Source: Rhizodiscina lignyota (Eukaryota). From it: 64,000 bases of DNA. The stretch is taken from contig ML978123.1 in NCBI GenBank assembly GCA_010015805.1, forward strand, positions 2,914,001-2,978,000. The letters run 5' to 3'. A program made the position numbers and the translations under genes. How positions within the stretch are numbered: position 1 is the first letter of the stretch; the number at the start of each line of letters is the position of its first letter. Shown piece by piece: positions 48,999-60,244 of the stretch. Below the pieces are notes generated by a model. That model worked only from the letters and a program-made list of their open reading frames with translations, was not told where the DNA came from and did no database searches.

Positions 48999-49826
48999 TT
49001 ATAGCTTTGCCGCCCTTATCCGCTTCTTCTCTTTACGAGCTTCTTCAGCTGCTCGCCTGGGATTCATCACGTATACCAAAAGTCCCAGACCGCCGGTATA
49101 TGGAAGAGTCGTCATGCTCGACTTAATCGCAGTCTTGCCACTCTTATTCTTGCCAGTGGTTGTGTCTTGCTGCTTTGTCGGAGGTAACTTCACACCTTTA
49201 AGCTTCAGATTCGTGTCGTTTTTACCCACACCTCCTGCCTGCTTCATGATCGGGGCTCTTTCCACACATCCCCTGGGATTCTTTACGTACACCAAGAGAC
49301 CTAGACCCCCTGTGTACGAGATCGCATCCTTGCTAATCATAGCCACGGTCTTGCCGTTCTCTTTCTTGATGACAGTGACCTGATCTACTTTCTTCATCTC
49401 CGGAAGCTTTACCACCTCGCATTTCAGATCCAGCTCCTTCATCACCCCATTTTCATCAACCTGCAGCTTGGGCTCCTCAACGAGATTCACCACCTCCCGT
49501 TTTGTAACGACGCCAACCTTGCTCCGGCTATCGTCGACGTCCACGCTGATGCGGTAGCCCAGCTCCTTGGTCATGTCATCTAGATGGAAGATATCCAGCT
49601 CAGGGAGACAGCAGTCCACACATGGTTCATTGCTTTCCTCCGCAGTGAGCGTGACATTGTGCTTGTCGTCGCCGAAGATCGGGTGCTGCGATGGCATCTG
49701 CAGTGCCTGGATGTAAGGGAACGTCGTCGCGCGACGCACGAGCGGCCTGATGGCATACTGACAGAGGGTGATGCGCTCGTGGATGTGGTGGCATGGGCGG
49801 TGGACAGTGCGGTGGTTGTAGCACAT
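48999..49826 (-). CDS. Hypothetical protein, 275 aa, with N-terminal Cys/His motif and a duplicated C-terminal motif
   Basis: MCYNHRTVHRPCHH...LC...CVDC; YTGGLGLLVYV(K/M)NPR occurs twice; ACAATG start context; TATA-like element near 49975. Confidence 0.78.
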   Translation of the reverse strand: MCYNHRTVHRPCHHIHERITLCQYAIRPLVRRATTFPYIQALQMPSQHPIFGDDKHNVTLTAEESNEPCVDCCLPELDIFHLDDMTKELGYRISVDVDDSRSKVGVVTKREVVNLVEEPKLQVDENGVMKELDLKCEVVKLPEMKKVDQVTVIKKENGKTVAMISKDAISYTGGLGLLVYVKNPRGCVERAPIMKQAGGVGKNDTNLKLKGVKLPPTKQQDTTTGKNKSGKTAIKSSMTTLPYTGGLGLLVYVMNPRRAAEEARKEKKRIRAAKL

Positions 49827-50924
49827 TGTTGTTGCTACGTAGCTTTTTAGTTTTGTTTGTTGGGCTGATTGAATGAAATTTACCTCTTTGACTGTGTCGC
49901 ACTGTTGGGAGCTTTCAAAGATCTTTGAGAGAATTGGGTCAGTTGGTGATGGTTGGGGTTACACCGCCAGATAATATATAGCAAACGATGCCCAGTGAAG
50001 TGTTTGATCTTGTATAAACGGAAGTTACGGCAATTGCGACAAAACACGGCCCAATGACAGTATTAACCAGTATCGCTAAAAGATTTGGTCTTGTGAGAGC
50101 GAATTCGGCGGTTGAGGAGTGCGAACGTAGTTTTGATATTGAGGTCCTGCAACGAGTCGACGCGGAATGCTATGCCGACGATACCCTTTCATGAGCGAAA
50201 CCAAAGGTGGATCATATGCCCCATTACATTTGCATCCTGATACTGGAGGCGTAGTACGACGGGAAAGTCATTTGTGGATATGACCGATTGTGGCTGGATT
50301 GGCTCGTAATGTTTCACAAACGAAGAGTGTTTGATGTATCGAGAAGACATCTTCGTATCTGAATTTTTATAGAAAATTTGAAAACAAGATAATGTATATG
50401 AATGCTGCAGTTTCAACAAATGCCTTTCATCACTTCCCTTATCGTACCAAGCGCTTGTGAATTGGAACTGGGCAGAACGGGCCACAATCGACGGCCGTTC
50501 AAATGTCTTCTAGATATGGCAGATAGAAGCACACACAAACTGACAGAGGAGATTGTATAGTCCTAACAGAAAGCTTTTACTGAAAACTCTCAGCGAAAGT
50601 GGCCATATAAGACCTGAGTTGATGTTGCCGTGTCGCATTAATTTGGTCCATGGGAACCACAGTTTTGGTGTTGGGATCTGGTGATGTCGTGACTTCAGGT
50701 CTAATCACCCTTCCTTTGCAGACTGAATCACGAGAGTGGAATATGAAAGTGAGGGAGAAGTATGTATGTATGGTGATTTCAGGACGTAGAAGTTTTACTC
50801 ATTGCTTAAACAGGAATAGCGTCGTCTCAAGTTGATGGAACAATCCGAGCATATCATCAACGTTGACATTGAGCAAACAGCATTCATTTCATATAAACTA
50901 AGAACTCCCCTCACTCATCAGCCT

Positions 50925-52195
50925 TCAAAAGAAACTTGATCCGAAAGCATCGCCTTGTCCTCCTTCCATAGGCTGAAGTCCAGCTGGGAACGGGCCAAGG
51001 AGGACATCTCCCCTTCTCAAAACCTTGAAGCCCTCTTTCAACCTCCCCGACTTTCCGTATCCTTTCGCAAGGGCTCCGAAGACTACTCTTATCTGATTCA
51101 CCTCTTTCGCTTCTGCAAAGCTCTTCAAGCCCTCGGAGGAGTACACCCTGATGTGACACCCTTCCAAGACGTTGACAGTCTTCTGCATCCATGCGAATTC
51201 GGTCTTTGCTCGTCGGAACAGCAACGCCACTTTATATGCTTGCTCGCAGATCTTGCAGACCTCCACCTGTACTGACGCTTCGCAAGCTCTGCTGCTGACC
51301 TCATCTGGGTAAATGAATGGGGCCAATTGCTCATGGAGCGGATGGACCATTGCAGCAGCCATATCGAGGGCGCATTTGCCATCTAGATCGTATCTGCGAG
51401 ACAGCTCAGCAGTTTTCATTCGCCAATTCACCCGTTCCTCGTATGAGACTGTATCATTTTCTTAGCATTCTGCTATTTTATGCGCATCTTTGACTCACCC
51501 TTGCTGCTGTTAGACATGAAATTTTCAAAGACTCCTAAGAGGGTATCGGTGTCACGATCGAACCCGAATAGCAATGCTTCCGGGGAAAAGAGGCGATCGT
51601 ATAAGAAGTCTGACACCATCCCCATTATCCACCATGCTCTCATATCCACCGGCAGCGGTATTGAACCGTCATCCTTCACTTCAATTTCGTCGCAAATTCG
51701 GTTGATGACTTGGAAGATACTGTGCACAAGCTGGCCGAAAGAATTTTCGATCTCAGCATCAGTTGGTCCTTCGCCGCTCATTTTGTTGCTAATGATGATT
51801 TTGTGCAGTTTTCGATTCTCTTTATCCTTCCCAGCGGCATCGCGTCTTGCTTGATCTAGTTGCTCTTTCAACTGTCCGATTTCCTGTTCCAAGCTTCCAA
51901 TCTGCGAGACGAGCTGCTTGGTGGAAGCCTCACTTGGCTCAGTCTTCTCCATGCCTGCGCTCCCTGACTTTAGCAGGTTTCTAATTGGGCGAGGAATGCT
52001 AAAGGATGCCGAGTAGCTCGCATGAGGTCGATGCTTGTCAAGTTCAGCCCCTTCTCTTTTCTCTCGCATCTTTTGAACGACCGCATCCAGCCACTCTGCC
52101 AGATTTGCATTAATTTTTGTTTCAATTTCGCGTTTAATTGCAGCCGTTGTTTGGTCAAACTCAGCCAGTTTCTGTTGGCGTTCTTGATCGTCCAT
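50925..52195 (-). CDS. Coiled-coil protein, 406 aa, with a GrpE/MIEAP-like C-terminal motif; divergent partner of the Hsp70-like gene
   Basis: Exons 52195-51499 and 51448-50925 (intron GTGAGT...GCTAAG...CAG) total 1221 nt in an open frame; heptads LVSQIGSLEQEIGQLKEQL; C-terminal IRVVFGALAKG...FKVLRRGDVLL. The GrpE-likeness is my inference. Confidence 0.85.
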
Positions 52196-52707
52196 GGTTT
52201 CCGCCTAAAAGAAGGGCAGTATTGGGGTTGGATTTTGACCTTGCTTTATAAAAGCCGCGGCATGTTTAAATATTAAGTGGAAAGAACTGGTGGAGTGACA
52301 GCATCCCCGGAAGATGCCCACATGCACACCAGACAGCGGCAGCCTTTCGCTCGTAGCCGCCAAATAGGTCGTACAGCGCTATCAGGATTTCCCACTCAAC
52401 AAATCGACCAACATTCACAATTTCTATTCGCCGGCCGAGAAATATTGCATCACCTGCGTCGTGTGTTGCAGTACGATTCTTAAGGACCTCGCGACCGTAC
52501 CCGCTTGATATAAAGAGGTAGCGCTCAAAAGTTCGATGTATGCGTCCACTCTACCGAAAGTCTCGCCATCGGCAGCTAGCTGCCTTTCATTTTGCAGTAT
52601 ACTTGTGTTCACATCAACACGAGCGAAAGGCCTTTGATCCGCCGACATTCTCTGCAACGAATTTCTTTTCCACCTCGGGCACGAAAGTGCTCAGCACGTT
52701 CGCCATC

Positions 52708-55071
52708 ATGAAAAAATGGTTCAAGGTCAGTAATTCAGCTACAAAGGCTCCTTCAAAAGCATCTCCAAAAGGCAAAGGTGGCGCTCAAGCGTCTACAGCT
52801 CCAGCGGAATCAACTGTGGACAGAGATCCCAGGAGACTCGTCATCGGGCTTGATTTTGGCACCACATTCAGCGGGTTTGAAGCTCCCTTATCCACGCTCG
52901 GCCCACCATGCTGATATAGTCAGGATCGCATTTGCATTCGCTGGAAAACCTGAGGAGATCCACTGCGTGCTCGATTGGCCTGGAGCGACAGGTCGTCAGT
53001 TCCCCAAAGCGCCAACATTGGTGCAATATGGCAAGCAGGGATTCGCATGGGGGTACCAAGTAGAACCAACAGCTGAAGGCGTTGTCAGTTGCGTGAAGTT
53101 ACTTCTGGACCCAGGGCAGAGTCACCAATCATATGACCCAAAAAGGATGTTCAAGAAAGTTCCGCAACCCCCAGACCTGCCGAAAGCCCCGGTGGATATT
53201 GCGACAGATTACATCCGTGCCATGTATTCTCACGCTCTCGTTTATATTGAACAGAAACTGGGGAAAGAGTATATGGAGTTGTTGTCCAAAGAGTTCGTCT
53301 TGACGGTTCCTGCAGTGTGGTCAGACAAAGCGAAGGACCTTACAATCAAGGTGCGCAGTATTTGGAGAAAATTAAAATAAGATCCCCAGCCTCTTTTGGA
53401 CATAGGCTAACAATACCGTTAAAGGCTGCTGAAGGCGCTGGTTTCAGTCCAGTCACTCTGATAAAGGAACCGGAAGCTGCGGCGCTCTTTACGATCCACC
53501 AACTCCAGTACAAAACAGTTAATGTGAGTAACGTCTCCTCTGTCTCTACTTGTTGTTGGAGGAAAGCTCACACTGCTCTGATAGGTCGGAGATGCTGTGG
53601 TGGTCGTTGACGCTGGTGGTGGCACAGCGGATCTGCTTACTTACGAGATCCAGAGGCTCAATCCAATGAAATTGAAAGAACTTGCTGCACCTATGGGTTA
53701 GTCCTTCATCATGTCAATCCTCCAAACTCCTTTGACGCTAAGCATACTGCTCAGGCGGGATAATCGGATCAACGCTTATAAACAGATTGTTCGAGGACTG
53801 GATAAAACTGAAGGTCGGACCAGAAAGACACGCGACGTTGAGTAAGACTGAAGCATATCGGAGCGCCCTCAAAACATTTGATCAATCAACCAAAGTGCAG
53901 TTCGAGTCACCCGGCGCGGATCAGTTCGTGTCCTTTGCACCAGAAGCCTTAAACAACAGCGAGCCCCAGGGCATTAAAAACAATTTCATAAAGCTGACAG
54001 GGTTTGTCTCTGAGTAGCCATGGCACACGGTGAAACTGATGTTTTCAGGACTGATTTGGGCGGCTTCTTCGAACCATCCTGCACCGCCATTGCGGGGCTG
54101 GTTGCGAAGCAAATCGGCATGGCGACCAAAAGGCGCAACAAGGTCTTCTCGGCAAAGTGCAAAGATGTTAAAGTTGTTCCTTCGACAGTCTAGAAGTAAT
54201 CGCTAGCTAATCACTTGACAGGCCATTTTTCTCGTCGGCGGTTTTGGAGAGAGCAAGTGCCTCAAACATCATGTTAGCTTCAACAACACTCACATCGAAG
54301 TGATTCAGCCCATTGATGCGTAAGTCATCTTTCCACGCCTGGAAGCTATCAGATCACGGCATGACAGAGCTGATGTACTCATAGCTGGTCTGCTATTGTG
54401 AAGTAGAGCCCAATGAGATCCTCCTGCGATCAGACACTTACAACTCTCAGGGGTGCCGTTCTTAGCAAGCTTCCGCGAGAAGTCATAGTCGAATCGACTA
54501 TTGCACCGAGGCATTACGGCGTAATAACCGGTACAATATATGATCCACAGAAACACCAAGGCCAGAACATATACGAAGCTATTTGGGATCAGACATTGCG
54601 GGTGGACGAGATGCTTTGGTTCATACACAAGGTTACAAGCACCTGTCATTGGCATTTACAAGCTGACCACTCCTAGAACGAAGACATTGTTATGTCGCGA
54701 GAGAAGAGCCAAACTTTCTTCCACAATCTCCCGAACGATCCCACGCGCGGTGATTTTATCAGGGAATACGTCCTCATGATGTGCGACGAAGACGACGCGT
54801 CGAAGTACCCTGATGACAGTAGGTTGAGATAGTCCGTTATTTGAGTTCTGCAAAAGCTGATGAAGATCTAGCGGTTAGGAGGTGCTGTAAGTTGAATGTC
54901 GACTTGAAAGGTATTCCAAAGACGAGTATCCAGAAGTTGAAACGGCCTTCGGACGGCCTGAAATACTCCAAGGTCAATTTCAAGCTCATCGTGAGAAGCC
55001 AAGGAGCAAGAATGGTCTTTTCTTACGAATGCGGCGGGAAAGAATATGGCTCAGTCGAAGCAATATACTGA
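52708..55071 (+). CDS. Atypical Hsp70 (HSPA12-like actin-fold ATPase), 604 aa, 11 exons
   Basis: IGLDFGTTFSG, DWPG, VKLLLD, FVLTVPAVWSDKAK, IKEPEAAA, VVDAGGGTADL, FLVGGFGES, AWSAIVKGAV, RHYG. Exons 52708-52874, 52924-53350, 53425-53523, 53585-53696, 53755-54001, 54049-54172, 54222-54319, 54385-54402, 54451-54631, 54677-54818 and 54872-55071 total 1815 nt in an open frame. Confidence 0.93.
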
Positions 55072-57240
55072 ACCCGGCGAGGACTGCATGGTCACAGGGG
55101 TTAGAAATGCGGCTGATTATTCTCCGCAAGATCTTGGAGAGTTTCGAGGAGATTATTCACAAACCAGTTCGCAACCATGTTCTGCAGAGCCACGCAGCTT
55201 CTCCGCGGTGCTGGCGGTTCCACAAAAGGACCTGCGTTATCCTCGGCAATCAGTGATATTCGAGTATACTTGCAATTCTGCTGAGACCCTGATGAACTGG
55301 ACTCGTGCTCGTGCTCTCTCGGTTGGTCGCAGAACGTGTCGAGATGGCGCCACAGCGGCTTGAGAAGTGATACGAGGAGACCCATGTGGCGATCGTGAAC
55401 GGTGAAGGAGACATGATCAATTGAGGGACCGAGCATTTATCTCTCAGTCCCGAGTGAGCCGACGAGAATGCTGCACTTCCGCGACACGGGAACAGCGGTG
55501 GAGCAAACCCCTCACGGCCTCGTGAAGTCAATTGTGAGAAGACCTGTCATGATGGGCCAACGTATACCTGCAGCGCCTTTATGGGGTCAGCGACGCAGGA
55601 GTGCGGAGAAGAGCCTCGTCAGCAGTACCTCTACGCGTACCTCGCGCGTGCAGAGCCGAGATGCTGCGATGCATAGGGAGCGCGGGTTACCGCGACGTGA
55701 GGCCTTGGACGCGGCAGAGGCCGCAGAGCAGCATGAGGCTGTTCGCAGGCCGGGAGAGGTGCATCTGGGGCGGCAGGGGTCCAATTGTCCAATTCTAGGC
55801 TGGCGTTGACGGCCTCTTGGTCTCACGGTCTCACGGCGTGCAGTGCCAGCATGCTGCTTCTGCGGTGTGCTGACTCGGCGCTCTCCTATTCCGTGCCTAC
55901 CTCGCGCAGCTCGAGCTGGAAGCCATGCAGGTGTCAGACATGGCCCCGTATGCATTCGGCTGTACGCACTTCCCAAAGGTGAAGGTGGTGCAGACGGATG
56001 GAGAGCACGCCCACGGTGCGTGCTGCAACGGGCCTAGCGCGCAGGCTAGCGCGTTTGCAGGACGCGTCGTAGCGCGTCGCGCTTGCCTGCTCTGGGCCGG
56101 CGTCCAATCTGCCTCCAATCCTCGCCAGCGCCCTCCTCCCGCGCCCCCAAGTGCTGCGTACATTTCAATCATTAGCTACGCTGCCCGTCCTGCACCTTGC
56201 ATTTTTGCTGCACCTGATACCTATCCGCACAGCGGGAGCCATCCGCGCCGTTGACTCGCCACGCGCCGTAGCTTGCTCCCAGCCCGTCCTCCCACGCAAA
56301 ACCCCCGAAGCTCGATCGCCTCCAGTTGGAGCTGCGGCGCGTCACGACAGCGAGCTGTCAAGTATCGCGCTGCTCTGGACGACGCGGCGACGACACGCTC
56401 GAGCGATCAATTGCCTGCCATCGAGAAGTGTCAGAGGATCGGTCGTGCTACGCTGAGGCCATCAGCGATCCTGTCGCCAGATTTAGCGTGGCCGCCGCGC
56501 CAAGAAAAGCAGCACTTCAACTCTCCGCTCGCGCGGTTTCGACTGCGCACCTTCAACCTCCACCGCTCCCCACAACGGCGAACACCCAGCGCCCTCCACC
56601 TCTTGCTCTCCAGCAATTCGCTCTCTGCTGACAGTATGCGACGCGCATAGCTTCTTTGCCCAATTTTTTGAGCTGCGCACTGTCGGCGACATTTTTCTCT
56701 TCTATTGGGTGTCATTCACTCGCTCCCTCCGAACCGCCCCAGCCACCTCGACCACCACGACAAATCGGTTCCTTTGTCTGCGCGCAGAGTTCGGAGACCA
56801 CCTGTACATTCGCGATACCCTCTACATACCTCCGGACACGTCCCACTTCCCTTTGTACAAGTTGCGGACATTTCACTTTACGGGCGCATCACTCGCTGTC
56901 GCGACAATTCACTTGTGCGCACCACGCTCTTTTCGCTGTCCGCGGCCACCAACACGATTCCCACGAATACCATTCTCATACCACTGTCGCGCGCAGTGCA
57001 CCTGGACCTCTTTGGCCACCTTTGACCGCGCCGCCCTCTGGTCTTGCACTTGACTGGACATCACTTTACCCTCCGCGCGTCACTCCTCAAACACATATCT
57101 GCCCCGCTGTGGAACACGAGTCTGTTTGGAACAAGGGAACCTGTCTGCACCCTGCTCGAGACGATTTGACACCGACTGGATACCAATTGTCTTGATTCAT
57201 TGGACAACATTGTTACTCTTGTACGGAACATCACTACAAG

Positions 57241-59343
57241 ATGTCGCCAAACCGACCTCGTCCTCGGGGCACCTTGCCCAGGAATTTCAACTTGCGCTCT
57301 CGAGATTTTGGCGACGCTCCGAAGACACCGGAGCCTGACTTTGTCCCCGACCACATCGACCCCCCTCCACCGCCGAAGCAGCCGGCCAGAAGCTTGAGAA
57401 GCAGAACCCTGAGGCGTGGACTCAATAGTCGCGCGGCCATCCCAGACTTCTCAGCTCCTTCCCAGTCTTCCACTCCATTCGACTTTCCCATTCCCACTAT
57501 CGAGGCTCCAACTGCCGAGCCTACCCCACTGCAAGTGCCGAGTCTCAGGCGCGTCTCTCTGAATGCGAGGTTTCTCACACCGGAACCTTCGGATAACCCA
57601 TCATTCACATCCCCAATGACGCCGATGGCGCAAGTCGGCAATGACGAGTCCGGATCCTTCGACTTCTTCGACGTCAAGAGCTTGGGCGAGAGCATTAGCC
57701 GCCCCTCAACTGCCTGCTCGGATTTCTCCGACTCGTCTGCATCTTCGGAAGAGACTCTCGAGTCCTTCCCTTCATTCGGTGCAAGCTCAGCAAGTCCTGA
57801 CCGCGACAACGATCCTTTTGGACCGTTGAAGATAGCTACCTCTCAGGAATCACTTCTGTCTTCTCCATTGAACAGCTTCAATGTCATCGAACCACCAAAG
57901 GCGATCTCGCCTCAACAGAAAACCCCTCACAAGAAGAGTGTTTGGACAGAAGAGATGGATAGACACCTTTGGTTAACCTTCCTCAAGTTTCTACAGGATC
58001 CGCAGCATACTCCGTTCAAGCTCTTCCCAGGCTCCCACCCACCGCTCGGTGTTTGCCACCGTGTTGCACACGAGGCAAAGAAAAGCTGGAAGCAAGTTAG
58101 GGCGCGTAATCTTGGAAACGCACATCAATCCGAACATATGCTACTTACAGATCCTCTTACAGATGCCACTCAAGCGGCCAACAGCGGCGAGAGCACCCCT
58201 ACTGCGTTCGATGTGCGCAAGCCAGTGCCGGCATGGCCTCGCAACGCATCCACCCGTCGTCGATTGCGCATGCTCTGCAAGAAGCAGCCAACATTGTCGG
58301 CTCACTACCAGCGCTTGATGCAGACCCGTAGCCCGTCACCATTGCCATCATCCAGCTCGTCCAAGCCTGCAGGTGGTCACACTGGTGTTTCACCTATCCC
58401 TGAATCACCTCGCTCTGAGAGGCGCACTCGCTCCGCCTTCTCTACCCGCGACATGAACATCTCCCTCACCTCCTCGATGCAATCGGGCGGTCCACTCAGC
58501 AAGCTCGCAGCAAAGAAGCCTGTTGCAGAGCCAAGTTCTATGAGCATGGATGGTGCCTGTGACGAGCCCGACGAGGCCCCCGAGCTGGTCGAGGCGGAAA
58601 GCCATGGTGGCGCGCATCAGAGAAGTCACTCCCTCCAACTCGGCATCCAAGCATCTTCAACCCCACCTACCTTCCGCATGCTTGCTTCACCCATCCGCTT
58701 CCCGGGTGACCAGCAGCCGTCGACGTGGAGCCACCAGCCGAGGGCCTCAACCACGCTCGCTCAAGTGGACACAGAAATGTCAGACTCGCCGCAGCTTGAT
58801 CCTCCAGCAGAGCTGCATGCACCTGCTCCTCTCTCGCATTCGTTGAAGCGCCGCGCTCGCTTGCACTTGGACGACACCCACTATCAAGCTGTACGTGAGG
58901 AACTGATCCGGGATGTCTTTGGTGCTACTGCCGAGAGTAGTCATCGCCGCGTTCGAAGCAGAGGCTTCAGTCTTGGAGATATGGAAGGCGAGAGACGCGC
59001 GCCTCTGCCAGCTTCCGCTCCCGCCATTCCCCCTCCACCCCCTCAGCTCATCAACAACCACCTCACTGGCAACGTTCCATGGCTCGTACCACCACAGCTG
59101 GACGTCCCGCAGCGCCTCGGCTCTCCTCTGCAGTTCGAGGACAAGTTCTCCACGGTCCCCAGGGACTTCAAGGCAGGCGAAGAAGGTCTCCAAACCTTCG
59201 AGCCATCCGCTTCCTTCGAAGAGCGCCTCGGTGCAATGGCTCCCGGCCGCGTCCGCAAGCTGTCAGGCCCAAAGAGCCTAGGCAGAAACCTTCCGCGCAA
59301 CCGCGCCCCCCTGAACCGTGTGTTCGGCACTGACGGCATCTGA
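57241..59343 (+). CDS. Conserved fungal hypothetical protein, 700 aa, largely disordered with a Myb-like W-motif core
   Basis: Intronless ORF; core WTEEMDRHLWLTFLKFLQDPQHTPFK...PPLGVCHRVAHEAKKSW...TRRRLRMLCK; HRRVRSRGFSL. Confidence 0.85.
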   Translation: MSPNRPRPRGTLPRNFNLRSRDFGDAPKTPEPDFVPDHIDPPPPPKQPARSLRSRTLRRGLNSRAAIPDFSAPSQSSTPFDFPIPTIEAPTAEPTPLQVPSLRRVSLNARFLTPEPSDNPSFTSPMTPMAQVGNDESGSFDFFDVKSLGESISRPSTACSDFSDSSASSEETLESFPSFGASSASPDRDNDPFGPLKIATSQESLLSSPLNSFNVIEPPKAISPQQKTPHKKSVWTEEMDRHLWLTFLKFLQDPQHTPFKLFPGSHPPLGVCHRVAHEAKKSWKQVRARNLGNAHQSEHMLLTDPLTDATQAANSGESTPTAFDVRKPVPAWPRNASTRRRLRMLCKKQPTLSAHYQRLMQTRSPSPLPSSSSSKPAGGHTGVSPIPESPRSERRTRSAFSTRDMNISLTSSMQSGGPLSKLAAKKPVAEPSSMSMDGACDEPDEAPELVEAESHGGAHQRSHSLQLGIQASSTPPTFRMLASPIRFPGDQQPSTWSHQPRASTTLAQVDTEMSDSPQLDPPAELHAPAPLSHSLKRRARLHLDDTHYQAVREELIRDVFGATAESSHRRVRSRGFSLGDMEGERRAPLPASAPAIPPPPPQLINNHLTGNVPWLVPPQLDVPQRLGSPLQFEDKFSTVPRDFKAGEEGLQTFEPSASFEERLGAMAPGRVRKLSGPKSLGRNLPRNRAPLNRVFGTDGI

Positions 59344-60138
59344 TTCTCGCATGGACCACTACTTTCGCCCACTTTGCTTTATTGCTTGCATTTCCGGGGG
59401 CTAGAACGACTGACATGAAAGACACGACTTTTCTTCTTCTCTTCTGCATGTTTTTCCTTTTTCTTTCTTCTTCACCATGAGCATACTGCGGAGTTAAAAT
59501 CTCCATTCGCTTCTCCTTGCTATCTGAGCCCACTGCGCTCGATCATACTGTGGATGTCGGCAGCTTCTTTTACATGCGCTCATAACTTCGATGCATTTGC
59601 ATTAAACACTTCGGAAAAAACTTCACTTGCTTAAATTGCTTTTTATCATGAATGACCCGAAACGAGCGATGAAAAACCTGTGTATTTAGATGAAAAGCGG
59701 GCGGCTAGGCTGCGCCATTGAGTGAGGCTGCTGGCTTGCGCTACATAAGTAGAAAAGCTACTTTATATTACACTTTATTGTGCCTTACTGCTGCGTGACT
59801 GTGAATGCTGGTTGATTATGGGGCTTGACAGTTCGGTGGTGGTTCTGGGACGAGGGCGGATGTCAGGATCGCTGCGATATATATGGGCATGGTGGATAGC
59901 ACAGACGGTGGAGGAATGATGAATTGAATTCGTTGGAGGGGTGAAGAGGGGAATAATACATCTACATGATATCCAATTGGGCTTTAATGATGCTCTATGT
60001 TCAGTAGAAGAGAGACTTGGGTATTCTGCACCCTTTCGAGGTCTATCCGCGTCGGGTTTCACCTCCGGCAGTGAGGGAAAGGCCAATGCCTGCGTTATAT
60101 TGGCATATTATAGGCACGGATATGGCACTGTCTCTTTG

Positions 60139-60244
60139 GTAAAGACAAATCAAATTTAATGAAGTCGTGTAGCCTCAATTCATACACTCTAGTGTAGATT
60201 CGGTCAAGCCTTCGGTGATGCTGTCGTTTCCATTGAAGAGCAAA
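60139..60244 (-). repeat. Dispersed inverted copy of the 39-kb repeat
   Basis: The reverse complement aligns without gaps to 39440-39545 (acga..gcatc..gaa.g.ttga...tac.c.aga..gtat.aatt...gct.c...acttca.t.aatt...ttac), roughly 60% identical by eye. Confidence 0.65.
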
